Shown: positions 53,873 through 64,000 of the stretch, piece by piece | How positions within the stretch are numbered: position 1 is the first letter of the stretch | How the letters are laid out: each line of letters opens with the position of its first letter | From: Camelus dromedarius | Taxonomy: Eukaryota | DNA: 64,000 nucleotides | NCBI RefSeq assembly: GCF_036321535.1 | Contig: NC_087436.1 | Coordinates: 36,706,001-36,770,000, forward strand | Direction of reading: 5' to 3' | Position numbers and translations under genes: made by a program | Notes under the pieces: generated by a model | Databases searched by the model: none | What the model was told of the DNA's origin: nothing | Seen by the model: the letters and a program-made list of their open reading frames with translations, nothing else

Positions 53873-53989
53873 CAATATGGATATAGCCATGCTTGTATAA
53901 CCTGTTAAGAACCAGTGTTAAAATAAGACCAACATTCCGAGAATTATAGTATGTGAGATAAATAATCCATCCACAGGACAAAATGGTAG
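53873..53989 (-). CDS. BLTP1: BLTP1 coding exon 2 (ATILSCGWIIYLTYY...GYIHI), 117 nt
   Basis: CCCAACAG| acceptor, G|GTAAGT donor, phase 1-1; hydrophobic N-terminal TM segment. Confidence 0.95.
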
Positions 53990-54366
53990 CTGTTGGGAGA
54001 AAAAAAAGCAAAAAGTGGATCTCACTATATGTTTCCTTTCTATCACCTTAATATCTTAACAAAAACTTGTTAGTAAAGATCATTTATCACATTCAGAAAT
54101 GACAGCATTTACTTCCATATGGCAATGTGTTCTCTTACAATTTAATACCTGAACTTTCAAAACCAGAGGTTGATTCTACTTTATCCAACATTCTTCATTC
54201 TCTTTAGTCATTAGCCAGAAGAGCATAGATTTCAATCAGATCAATTAAAAGAATGTTTCAAGTACACCTGCTTACCTTTTTTTCTACTTCCTTTTTCATT
54301 ACTTTGTAGTGCTTTAGTTATTAAACATACACAAAAATGTTCTGGGAAGAGAATGCTCTTATTTCT

Positions 54367-56043
54367 TCTTTTTTTAATTTTATTTTATTGAGTTGTAGTC
54401 AGTTTACAATGTTCTGTCAATTTCCAGTGTAGAGCACAATTTTTCAGTCATACATGCACATACATATATTCATTGTCACATTCTTTTTCATTGTGAGGTA
54501 CCACAAGATCTTGTATATATTTCCCTGCGCTATACAGCACAAACTTATTTATCTATTCTACATATACCTGTCAGTATCTATAAATTTCAAACTCCCAGTC
54601 TGTCGCTTCCCACCCTGCTCCCCTCTGGCAACCACAAGTTTGTATCCTATGTCTATGAGTCTGTTTCTGTTTTGTATTTATGATCATTTGCCTTTTTCTT
54701 TTCTTTCTTTCTTTCTTTCTTTTTTTTTTTTTTAAGACTCCACATATGCACAATCTCACATGGTATTTTCCTTTCTCTTTCTGGCTTACTTCACTTAGAA
54801 TGACATTCTCCAGGGACATCCATGTTGCTACAAATGGCATTATGTTGCTTTTTTTGTGGCTGTATAGTATTCTATTCTATAAACATACCACATTTTCTTT
54901 ATCCAGTCATCTGTCAATGGACATTTAGGCTGTTTCCGTGTCTTGGCTATTGTAAATAGTGCTGCTATGAACATTGGGCTGCAGGTGTCTTTTTGAAGTA
55001 GGGTTCCTTCTGCATATATGCCCAGGAGCGGGATTACTGGGTCATATGGTAAATCCATTCCTAGTCTTTTGAGGAATCTCCATACTGTTTTCAATAATGG
55101 CTGCACCAACCTGCATTCCCACCAGCAGTGTATGAGGGTTCCCTTTTCTCCACAGCCTCCCCAGCATTTGTCATTTGTGGACTTCTGAATGATGGCCATT
55201 CTGATTGGTGTGAGGTGATACCTCACTGTAGTTCTGATTTGCATTTCTCTGATAATTAGTGATACTGAGCATTTTTTCATGTGCCTATTGATCATTCATA
55301 TGTCCTCCTTGGAGAATTGCTTGTTTAGGTCTTCTGCCCATTTTTGGATTGGGTTGTTAGTTTTCTTTCTTATTAAGTCATATGAGCTGCTTTTATATAT
55401 TCTGGAGATCAAGCATTTGTCAGTTTCATTTTTTGCAAACATTTGCTCCCATTTCACAGGTTGTCATTTTGTTTTACTTATGGTTCCCTTTGCTGTGCAA
55501 AAACTTGTAAGTTTAATTAGGCCCCATTTGTTTATTCTTGCTTTTATTTCTATTGCTTGGGTAGACTGCCCTAGGAGAACATTGCTGAGATGTATGTCAG
55601 ATAATGTTTTGCCTATGTTTTCTTTTAGGACGTTTATTTTCCTATGTTTAAGTCTTTGATCCATTTAGAGTTTTTTTTTTGTGTATGGTGTAAGGGAGTG
55701 TTTTAGCTTCACTGATTTACATGCTGCTGTCCAGTTTTCCCAGCACCATTTGCTGAAGAAACCATCTTTATTCCATGGTCTGTTCTTGCCTCCTTTGTCA
55801 AAGATTAATTGATCAAAAGTCTGTGGGTTCATTTCTGGGCTCTCTATTTTGTTCCATTGATCCATATGTCTGTTTTTGTACCAGTACCATGCTGTTTTGA
55901 TTACTGTAGCTCTGTAGTATTGTCTGAAGTCTGGGAAGGTTATTCCTTCAGCCTCTTTCTTTTTCTTCGGTAATGCTTTGGCAATTTGGGGTCTTTTGTA
56001 ATTCCATATAAATTTTATTATGATTTGTTCTAGTTCTGTGAAA
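54367..56043 (-). mobile_element. L1 3' segment (ORF2 C-terminus, 3'UTR, poly-A), decayed
   Basis: ORFs 55665..56069, 55464..55664, 54840..55295 give [42 protein letters not shown]; frameshifted; T-rich tail at ~54367-54388. Confidence 0.95.
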
Positions 56044-57083
56044 GAAGAACTCATACCAGTCCTTCTCAAACTCTTTCAGAAGACTGAATAGGAGGGAATA
56101 CTCCCAAACTCATTCTATGAAACTACCATCACCCTGATACCAAAACCAGACAAAGACACTACCAAAAAAGAGAATTACAGACCAATATCACTGATGAACA
56201 CAGATGCAAAAATCCTTAACAAAATATTAGTAAACAGAATCCAACAGCAAATTAAAAAGATTATACACCACAATCAAGTTGGATTCATCCTAGGGACATA
56301 AGGATGGTTCAACATACACAAATGAATCCATGTGATACACCACATCAACAAGAGAAAGGACAAAAACCACATGATCATCTCAACAGATGCAGAAAAAGCA
56401 TTTGATAAAATTCAACACCCATTTATGATAAAAACTCTCACCAAAGTGGGTATAGAGAGAACATATCTCAATATAATAAAAGCCATATATGACAAATCTA
56501 CAGCCAGCATAGTACTCAACGGTGAAAAAATCAAAAACTTCCCACTAAAATGTGGAACAAGACAAGGCTGCCTACTATCACCACTCCTATTCAACATAGT
56601 CTCGGAAGTCCTAGCCACAGCAGTCAAGCAAGAGAGAAAAATAAAAGGGATTTAAATTGGAAAAGAAGAGGTAAAAGTGTCACTATATGCAGAAGACATG
56701 ATACTATATATAGAAAACCCTAAAAGGTCCACACAAAAACTACTAGAACTAATAAAATTCAGCAAGGTAGCAGGTTACAAGATTAACGTACAAAAATCAG
56801 TTGCATTTCTTTACACTAATGATGAATTAACAGGAAAAGGAAGCAAAGAAACAATCCCTTTTAAAATATCACCCAAAGTAATAAAATACCTAGGAGTAAA
56901 TCTAACCAAGGAGGTGAAAGACATACACGGAAAACTATAAAACACTGATTAAGGAAATTAAAGAGGACTTTAAAAAATGAAAAGATATACAATGCTCCTT
57001 GATTGGAAGAATCAATATTGTTAAAATGGTCATACTGCCCAAGGCAATCTACAGATTTAATGCAATACCTATCAAATTACCCA
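56041..57083 (+). mobile_element. Inverted L1 segment (ORF2 RT domain), same insertion as 54367-56043
   Basis: [38 protein letters not shown] (YADD motif altered), KYLGVNL; in-frame stops. Confidence 0.95.
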
Positions 57084-57221
57084 TATTTCTGAATATTCTG
57101 AAAAAAATCTACCTTTATTAGGTGAAAAGCTTAATCCCAAGCTATTTCCTAAAGGCTACAGTCACTTAGAAAGAAAGAAAACTGATTTTTTCACATCAGA
57201 GAAAAGTCACTGTTTATTTTT

Positions 57222-57320
57222 CCTTTTTCAGATTCTTTTTCATTATAGGTTATTACAAGATATTGAATATAGTTCCCTGTGCTATACAGTAGGTCCTTTT
57301 TGTTTATATACTTTATAAAT
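57222..57320 (-). mobile_element. Short L1 3'UTR fragment
   Basis: Reverse complement of 57904-57962; flanked by ACTGTTT on both sides. Confidence 0.8.
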
Positions 57321-57729
57321 AGTGTAACTGTTTTTTTTAAATCAACAGTCTCTGCTTTGAAAAAACTATTGAAAAAAGAACTTTATTGTACTTAAAGGCA
57401 TATCTCTGTATTAAATAGACCACCTATACTATTTTGCTGTAACTGATAAGACAATTACCTACTTTTAAAGAATGCCACTAAATATACTACAGTAAACGAT
57501 ATTCTAAATTTGACTGTTTTTCATGGAAAGTTTATAGTCATGTATAAAATTTATAATATTCCCCAAAAAACCTAGTTCATGAATATACAAAGGCAAAACA
57601 CAAGAAAGCATTTTTTGATAAATTTTCTACTTATTCATTTAAAAAGTATAACTGTTTTCTAGATTAGAACAAAGTAATTTAATTAAACATGTGTAACCTT
57701 TCAGCAACATCACATTAACTCCATAACTT

Positions 57730-58066
57730 AAAAAAAAAAAAAAAAGACACAAATAAACTTATTTACGAAACAGAAACAGATTTACAGATAGAAAACAAAC
57801 TCATGGTTACCAGAGGGGAAAGGGAGTGGGAAGGGATAAATTGGGAGTTCGAGATTTGCAGATACTAACTACTATACATAAAAGAGATAAACAAGAAGTT
57901 TATACTGCATAGCACAGGGAACTATATTCAATATCTTGTAGTAACCTATAATGAAAAAGAATATGGAAAGGAATATATGTATGTATATGGATGACTGAAA
58001 TATTATGTTGTACATCAGAAATTGACACATTGTAAACTACTATTTAAATTAAAAAAAGAAAAAAAA
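57730..58066 (+). mobile_element. L1 3'UTR fragment
   Basis: GAAAACAAACTCATGGTTACCAGAGGGGAAAGG...GCACAGGGAACTATATTCAATATCTTG...A-rich tail. Confidence 0.9.
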
Positions 58067-58829
58067 TTTTTTAATTTAAAAACTATTTAACAGATAAAAC
58101 GCAGCAGTCCCTGAGAGTCAAAATACAACATTCCTCAAGGTAGCTGAGATTGATAATAGCTTTGATGTAGCAAGTGCTATGATTTGCCCATAAAAAATAT
58201 TTCTACAACAATTCTTTTGAACAGTTGTTTTGATGATACGACATTATGTTTTACGTTTAAACTCATTTTGTATTAATTTTTACTGTCAATCACTCTGTGA
58301 ATAGCAGGTTATTATGGGCCCTTCAGAAAGGCAAAAAGTATTTGCTGAGAGAGTAAGTTTCCAAGCAGTACCTGAGAATTGTGGCCTTTTTATTGTATCA
58401 CGTCCTCCCACCCCCTTAAAACTCTTAAGGCCATTAGTAAAACAGAAGGATTAAACAATCCCTCAGTGTTTTTCTGGTCATTACTGTGTTTTTGCCTTAA
58501 AGAAAGGAGCTGTATACAATGTGAAAAAGTCAGAGAAATTCTAGGTGACAGGAGACACATAGGAAATAAAGAATTCTGCCTGTAATTAAACTAAAAGGTA
58601 ATTTTCAATGCTGCTTTTATGAAGTTATACTTCATACAAGTGTTTTGCATTGCATTTAATGTTGAGTTTTCATTAATGATAATTTTCAATAGTTCACTTT
58701 CATCAATCAGAAAAAATGTAATTTGAAGTTTAAATGGTAACCTGATCCTACCTATAAATCACGAATCGTTATAATTCCTCTTACATACACTTCACCTCTA
58801 AAGTGAATCCGTATCCTTTCTACACATCC

Positions 58830-59030
58830 TGTAGTGTCATGAAAAAAGCATAAGCCTGCACTCAGAAAAACACAGCTGTACAGGTTGTTTAATCCCCATG
58901 GGCCTCAATTCCCCAACATGCTATTAAGAAAATGACACCTACCTTCCTAAGTCTGCTGTGAGCGTTAAGCGAGATAACATATTCAGAATGCCCGCAGTAC
59001 GGGGCACACAGAAGACGCTCAGTACGTATC
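58830..59030 (+). mobile_element. MIR (diverged)
   Basis: GGGCCTCAATTCCCC...CACCTACCT...GCTGTGAGCGTTAAGCGAGATAAC. Confidence 0.65.
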
Positions 59031-59766
59031 ATCACTTTCCCTTTCCTCTCTTCCCCCATCTTACCCTTCCTACTTTCCTCTCTATACCTTTCTAATTCCT
59101 ATGCTGGAATTCAAATCAATATAATGTTCAAAATACATTTCTTCCACAAAAACTTCCTGGGCAGTAACAGCCTTTAGTAAGCTCTCCTTTCCTTGGTATT
59201 ATATTTGTATTTCTCCTTCTCATTTGTTCATATTCACTTATTCACTCATATTCCTTCCCTCTGTCTGCAATTTAATGATACACTCTTTTTTATTATTAGT
59301 ATATACCTAGAAAAGACCTAGAATATAAGACAAAAAAATTATATTGGAAAAGCCCATTGCTAAGTGTGTAAGGAGTGAGGGAAGAGAAGATTAATTAGGC
59401 AAAACCATATTTACCATGAGGATTTATCACTTTTATAATAAAACAACTAAAAGTGTTTGTGTGTATGTGTTGGGATGGGGAATGGAGGAGTAGACCTGAA
59501 GCAGGAAAGATAAGTTGACACGTGCCGTGTCTTTCTTCTCATCCCACCTTCCCTAAATCAGACGAGGAGACAATCTAAGGAAAAGAGCCTTCCAGAGCAG
59601 TTTTCAGAGCAAATATTCACAGAAATATAGAATAAAACCTTCTTTCCAAAAAATAAACTAAGGGTAATGTAAGCATTCTGGCTTCAATCAACCACTGATT
59701 AAAACTTGGCAATTATTAATCCACACATAAAAAACAGTAAAGTACAAAAAACTATATTCTACTTAC

Positions 59767-59863
59767 CAACAAGGAGCCAAACAACATTGGAATTGTGTTC
59801 TGTAAGAAAATCTTCTAATTGAGTGATACTAGGAACAATACTCTCATTCTTCCTTTGATCCAT
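59767..59863 (-). CDS. BLTP1: BLTP1 coding exon 1 (MDQRKNES...VWLLV), 97 nt
   Basis: ATG at 59863 in GTAATGG context; donor G|GTAAGT; likely acceptor TCTTTCAG| with exon start 59894. Confidence 0.93.
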
Positions 59864-59886
59864 TACTGAAGTTTTTCCAGAAGCAT
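59863..59886 (-). promoter_or_regulatory. Candidate uORF (MLLEKLQ*) whose stop overlaps the BLTP1 ATG
   Basis: Minus strand reads ATG CTT CTG GAA AAA CTT CAG TAA TG, inside the ATG-containing exon; translation not shown. Confidence 0.55.
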
Positions 59887-60549
59887 CTAAAGGCCTGAAA
59901 GAGTTGAAAGGTTAAATTTAGAATTTAATCTATATAAGGGAGAAAAAAGGTGAATTTAACAAATGTGAAAGTTTATTAAATCACATTCTTGTTTCTTCAG
60001 TGATAAGACAAAAATATAACAAACATGTCCACATTTCTACATAAAATATAAAACAATATATCATATTTCAATAACCTGATTTCACCATTCTAGGTCTGAA
60101 TAGACTCAGGTTCAGTTACTATACTCTGGCTTAAAATAAGAGGGACACGACTATTCTTAAACCTAATCAAAGATATTTATTACAATAGTAAGGAGGAAGT
60201 ATTGATCATCTACATTAGACAAACTCTTCTAGACTTGTCCCAAGGGCTGCCATTAGTAATATATTCATATTTAAGTTATAATAAGCCTTCTTATCCCCCA
60301 TGAGCTATGTATTCTCATTATTCCATGGGGAAACAATCTTCCTAATTTGGATTCACTCTGGATAGTATGGACAGTAAGCAGATCTCCTGTTACCAGATGC
60401 TCAGGATAAATTACAATATACTGTCAAAGTGTGACCAGACATGAAAAATGTATGCATGTAAGAACCTACTGCATAATCTTCATGAAGTGAAAGATGGAAT
60501 AAAAAATAAACTGGTTGTTCCCTTTCCTCTTCCCTTCCTGAACAGTTTA

Positions 60550-61770
60550 GTCTAAAAGCCGTAAGGTGAAGCAGGGCAAAGCAGGCATCTGCACATGGGG
60601 AGAGAGGGACAGGAACCTCTGGCCTAGAGTGGGATGTCAGAGCCCAGTAGGGGTAAATTAAATATCCACCTGTGTGGTGAAGAGGCTAGTGGAACGGTGG
60701 CAGTATTTCAGGGTATCAATACCACAGTAGTTTGAGGAGATCATACTTGCAGGGAAGAGGTCAGGCGCAGGGTGCTGGGGCCTGAGTGGGAGGAAGAGGG
60801 CATCCAGACGGAGGGACAGGGGTAGGAGAAACAGTCCAGCTCAAGGTGTCAAGGCCCAGGTGAGAGTGCACAGGGAGATTGCCTGGTGCAGGGGGTCAGA
60901 ACCCAGGAGGAAGGCATCAGACCCCAAAGGGACAAGTAGGGCTTCCATGCAGGAGGTCTCAGGAGTGATGAGTTGATGCAGGAGCAGGATAAGGAGGGCA
61001 AACACCTGGGAGACAGCCCATGCAGTGTGTGAACAAAGGGATTAACCAAGTAAGTAAACATAACAGGAAAAATGGGAGTCAAGTTTCTCACTGTTAGAGG
61101 ACACATAAAGGGAGAAAATTAGAATTAACCCTGTGGTGTTGGATAAGAACTGGAGGTGTGGCTTTCAATACAAATGGATATAGAAATAAATATAGTTGTA
61201 AATTTACATATGCATATATTTATTAACAAGCCCTGAGAGCAGCAACACCAGAAAAAATGAGGAGATAATTTGGCTTCTAAAAACCATTTTCTATTAAGAG
61301 GGCTCCTTGAAGAAATGGCTGGTTCCACAGCTAAGGCAGGGTAAGTCAAGGTGAACCTTGTTTTCCAGAAAGGAAAGAAATGTTCAAAGAATGATTGGAA
61401 CATGTCAAAAGGAAACAGAAACCATCCTGAAGAGGCTCCCACTGGCAAAACTGAGATAATTTAATCATCAGAATAAATAAGAGTAGTAAATTACAACCCA
61501 CTTAATAAAAACAAATCTATGAGTCCACACAAATACAATCAATTAAATTTTGATGAGTAACAGGATACTCAAATTGTCTCAAATAACTGCCAAAATAATT
61601 ATTAATGACAAAGGAGAAAAGAGGAACTCTGAGAAAGCTGGCAATTAATTAGGTGATCAAAGTAAACACCATCAATACAGGGATAAATCAAAATTGTACA
61701 CTTCTTAATAGAAGAAAACAGCGTCATTTCCATGGCATCCCTGCCAAAGACGCATAACCTGAATTTAATC
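60550..61770 (+). mobile_element. Old L1 (L1MC-type) 3'UTR region
   Basis: GGGAGTCAAGTTTCTCACTGTT...AACCCTGTGGTGTTGGA...GGGCTCCTTGAAGAAATGGCTG...CTGCCAAAGACGCATAACCTGAAT; left purine-rich part less certain. Confidence 0.65.
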
Positions 61771-62344
61771 TATCTTGCCTCTCTCCTGATAATGACCAAT
61801 AGAGACTGTTTAATTCATCTTTGTATTCACAGTACCAGTGACATCCTTGAACAAAGCCACTGTTTTCAACTATCATATCATTTTAAATGGTACTTTTATC
61901 TATTAGATAAGAAAGTAACACTGATCTACATGTTTTCAGATGTGTCCTCTCAATATTTTCATGATTCATCTCTACTCTCTTCATTCTTCCTGAAATCCAT
62001 GGTGCTCATTTCAAAACTGCTGTCCACATTAGAAAACAAAGTGTGGCAATTATTACTTTAGTGATATTTCAAGAAAAGTATGAAAATGTTATATAGTTTA
62101 ATCAAACACAGCACCAACTAGAGATTTATCGAAGTTCCTAATTTAATGCCACCATTTCTAGAAATAGGCTTTCCAAAAAAGACTACTTTTCAAAATGAAT
62201 TACCTGTAAAGTCTTTTCAAATACTACATTCAACCTATTTTCTCTCCCACTAGCATAAAGGAACGAAAATACACTTGCATCAACAGACTATTAAAGATAG
62301 AACTCCACATCTTGATTTGGTCCTACAGGAATAGGTCATTCTAC

Positions 62345-63215
62345 AAATCAATACAAAAAATACAAATAATCTGATATTTTTTTAATGAGAAAATATACAA
62401 ACAGGCAATTCACAGAGAAAAAGAATACCACTTGCAACTGGGGACAATCACAATTTATTACCCAGTAGTCATATAAGCGAAAATTAGAAAGATTACAAAC
62501 AACTATATTGGCAGAAGTATGGGCAAACGCTGGTGGGAGCACTCAGACACAGTTGATGGGAGTAAACCGCCTTTGAGAAGAACAATTATCAGAACCTATG
62601 AAAATGTAGATGCTTTGACTTGGGCATTTCAGTTCTAAGGCTCTATTTCTCAGAAATACTTACTCAGACACCAAGATGTTTTTTCAAGGACAATCACTGC
62701 AGCATTATATGTCAAACTGAGAAAATAGAAAAAAAATTTCAATTAATAGGAAAACTGTTAAATAAATAAAACTTTTACCGTATGAAATACTCTTACCATG
62801 TGAAATGATATGAAGCCTTTTTAAAAGAATAAAATAGCTCAATAGGGGATAATACAGAGAAATGTCCAGAATATATGTAATGTTAGCAGGGGAAAAGCAA
62901 GTTGAACAACAAGACGTATAGTATTCTACTTATGTTTAAAAAAAAGACTATCCATTCTGTGTATCACATATATACCACATATGTATATATATACATACAG
63001 TACGTATACATGTACATATATATGGTGTGTATATATGTACATAGTTTTATTAATTGGCAAAAACATTAGCAAAGATGTTAGTGGTTACCTCTAAGAAGCA
63101 ATGGGAGATTTGGAAGAAGAATAAAGAAGGACTTTCACTTATACTCTCAATAACTAAGTATTATTTAAATGTTTTAAAACTGACATGTAATACTTTCATA
63201 ATTTAAAAAGAAAAA
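62345..63215 (+). mobile_element. Old L1 (L1ME-type) ORF2 end/3'UTR
   Basis: AACAGGCAATTCACAGA...TATTGGCAGAAGTATGGG...CACTGCAGCATTAT...GTGGTTACCTCT. Confidence 0.7.
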
Positions 63216-63739
63216 GGGAAGGTGGTGGCTGGAAGACAGGACACAACAGGCGAGAAAGGGGCTTTTCTTGCATCTTTAGCCTCTCCTTGTAACTATGGCC
63301 AAGGAACAGGTGACTCCCAACCCAAAAGTATCAACTTGATCATCTGTCATTCCACCATCATGTCTTTCTATAGTTCTTAAATCCTTGTCTTTTTAAAAAT
63401 TAAAGTGGAAATACCAAGCAATATCAAACTCAAAGCCTCCATCAAAACATCAGAAAGATCACTTAACATCTTAGCAAGAATTATTCGATTTGATAGCCTT
63501 GAGTGTGTAAGAATGGAAGGAAGACTAGCTGTACTGCTCTAGAAAAGCGGGAGGGGTAAGCTACAAACAAGGAAGGAAGTAAAGAACACTAAAAGGAAAG
63601 GCACCGTAGGGAGGGAGAAAGAGGAAGTAGTTATCAAGAGAAAACAGTACAATCAAAAGGTCCTGCTTCATACTGGATTGTTCCAAAAGCAGACCATTAT
63701 ACGGACTGACAGCATGGACTCCACCAGACCACTTGGGCT

Positions 63740-63935
63740 CAAATACCAGTTCTGACATTACAGAGGTTAGGTAACTTGAACACGGGCAAGTTATCTAAGC
63801 TCTCTGCGTTCTACGTCTTCATCTGTAAAATGAGGTCACTAATAGTACCTACCTCACTGTTATATAGTGAGAATGGATGCATTCAGATATGCAAAGCATT
63901 TAAAACAACGCTGGGCATGTAGTAGGTAATATTCT
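63740..63935 (+). mobile_element. MIR
   Basis: GGGCAAGTTATCTAAGCTCTCTG...TCATCTGTAAAATGAGG...AATAGTACCTACCTCA. Confidence 0.8.
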
Positions 63936-64000
63936 GTTTAAATGCCTGATACTGGTAACCAATGCCACTGGCGTCTTGCCCATATACTGCTGACATTCAC

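Larger units (their letters stand above)
714..59863 (-). other. BLTP1: BLTP1/KIAA1109 gene span (coding exons 1-24; 3'-partial)
   Basis: 24 exons splice in phase to MDQRKNESIVPSITQLEDFLTEHNSNVVWLLVATILSCGW...HDTRTKR, recognised as the N-terminal ~1100 aa of KIAA1109/BLTP1; all introns GT-AG. Confidence 0.97.

Noticed and set aside
54840..56940. Active reverse transcriptase or novel RT system
   Set aside because: Decayed L1 ORF2 with stops, frameshifts, YADD changed to YAED, and no ORF1 or endonuclease
714..59863. U12-type or non-canonical introns
   Set aside because: All traced donors are GT without the GTATCCT motif and all acceptors are AG
59900..64000. BLTP1 promoter or CpG island
   Set aside because: CpG-poor and mostly L1/MIR; the promoter presumably lies beyond the right edge

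Overview
Mammalian genomic DNA, very likely camelid (inferred from a vic-1-type tRNA-Ala-derived SINE). The whole window is the 5' part of BLTP1 (KIAA1109, bridge-like lipid transfer protein 1) on the minus strand. I traced 24 coding exons by hand from the ATG at 59863 to 714. All introns are GT-AG and all phases are consistent, giving 3320 coding nt (1106 codons plus 2 nt) with no internal stop. The gene continues off the left edge, and the promoter/first non-coding exon is presumably beyond the right edge (no CpG island seen). Introns are AT-rich and hold ordinary repeats: L1, L2, MIR, MaLR LTRs, Tigger and Charlie DNA transposons, and microsatellites. Nearly all other ORF-track entries are spurious or repeat-derived. 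I found no novel biological system. The best second-look items are a 7-codon uORF whose stop overlaps the BLTP1 start (TAATG), two L1 insertions with twin-priming 5' inversions, a near-perfect 59-bp intronic inverted repeat, a CAGCAG tandem acceptor, a young SINE and two speculative poison exons. Repeat subfamily names and human comparisons come from recall, not from searches, and old-repeat boundaries are approximate.
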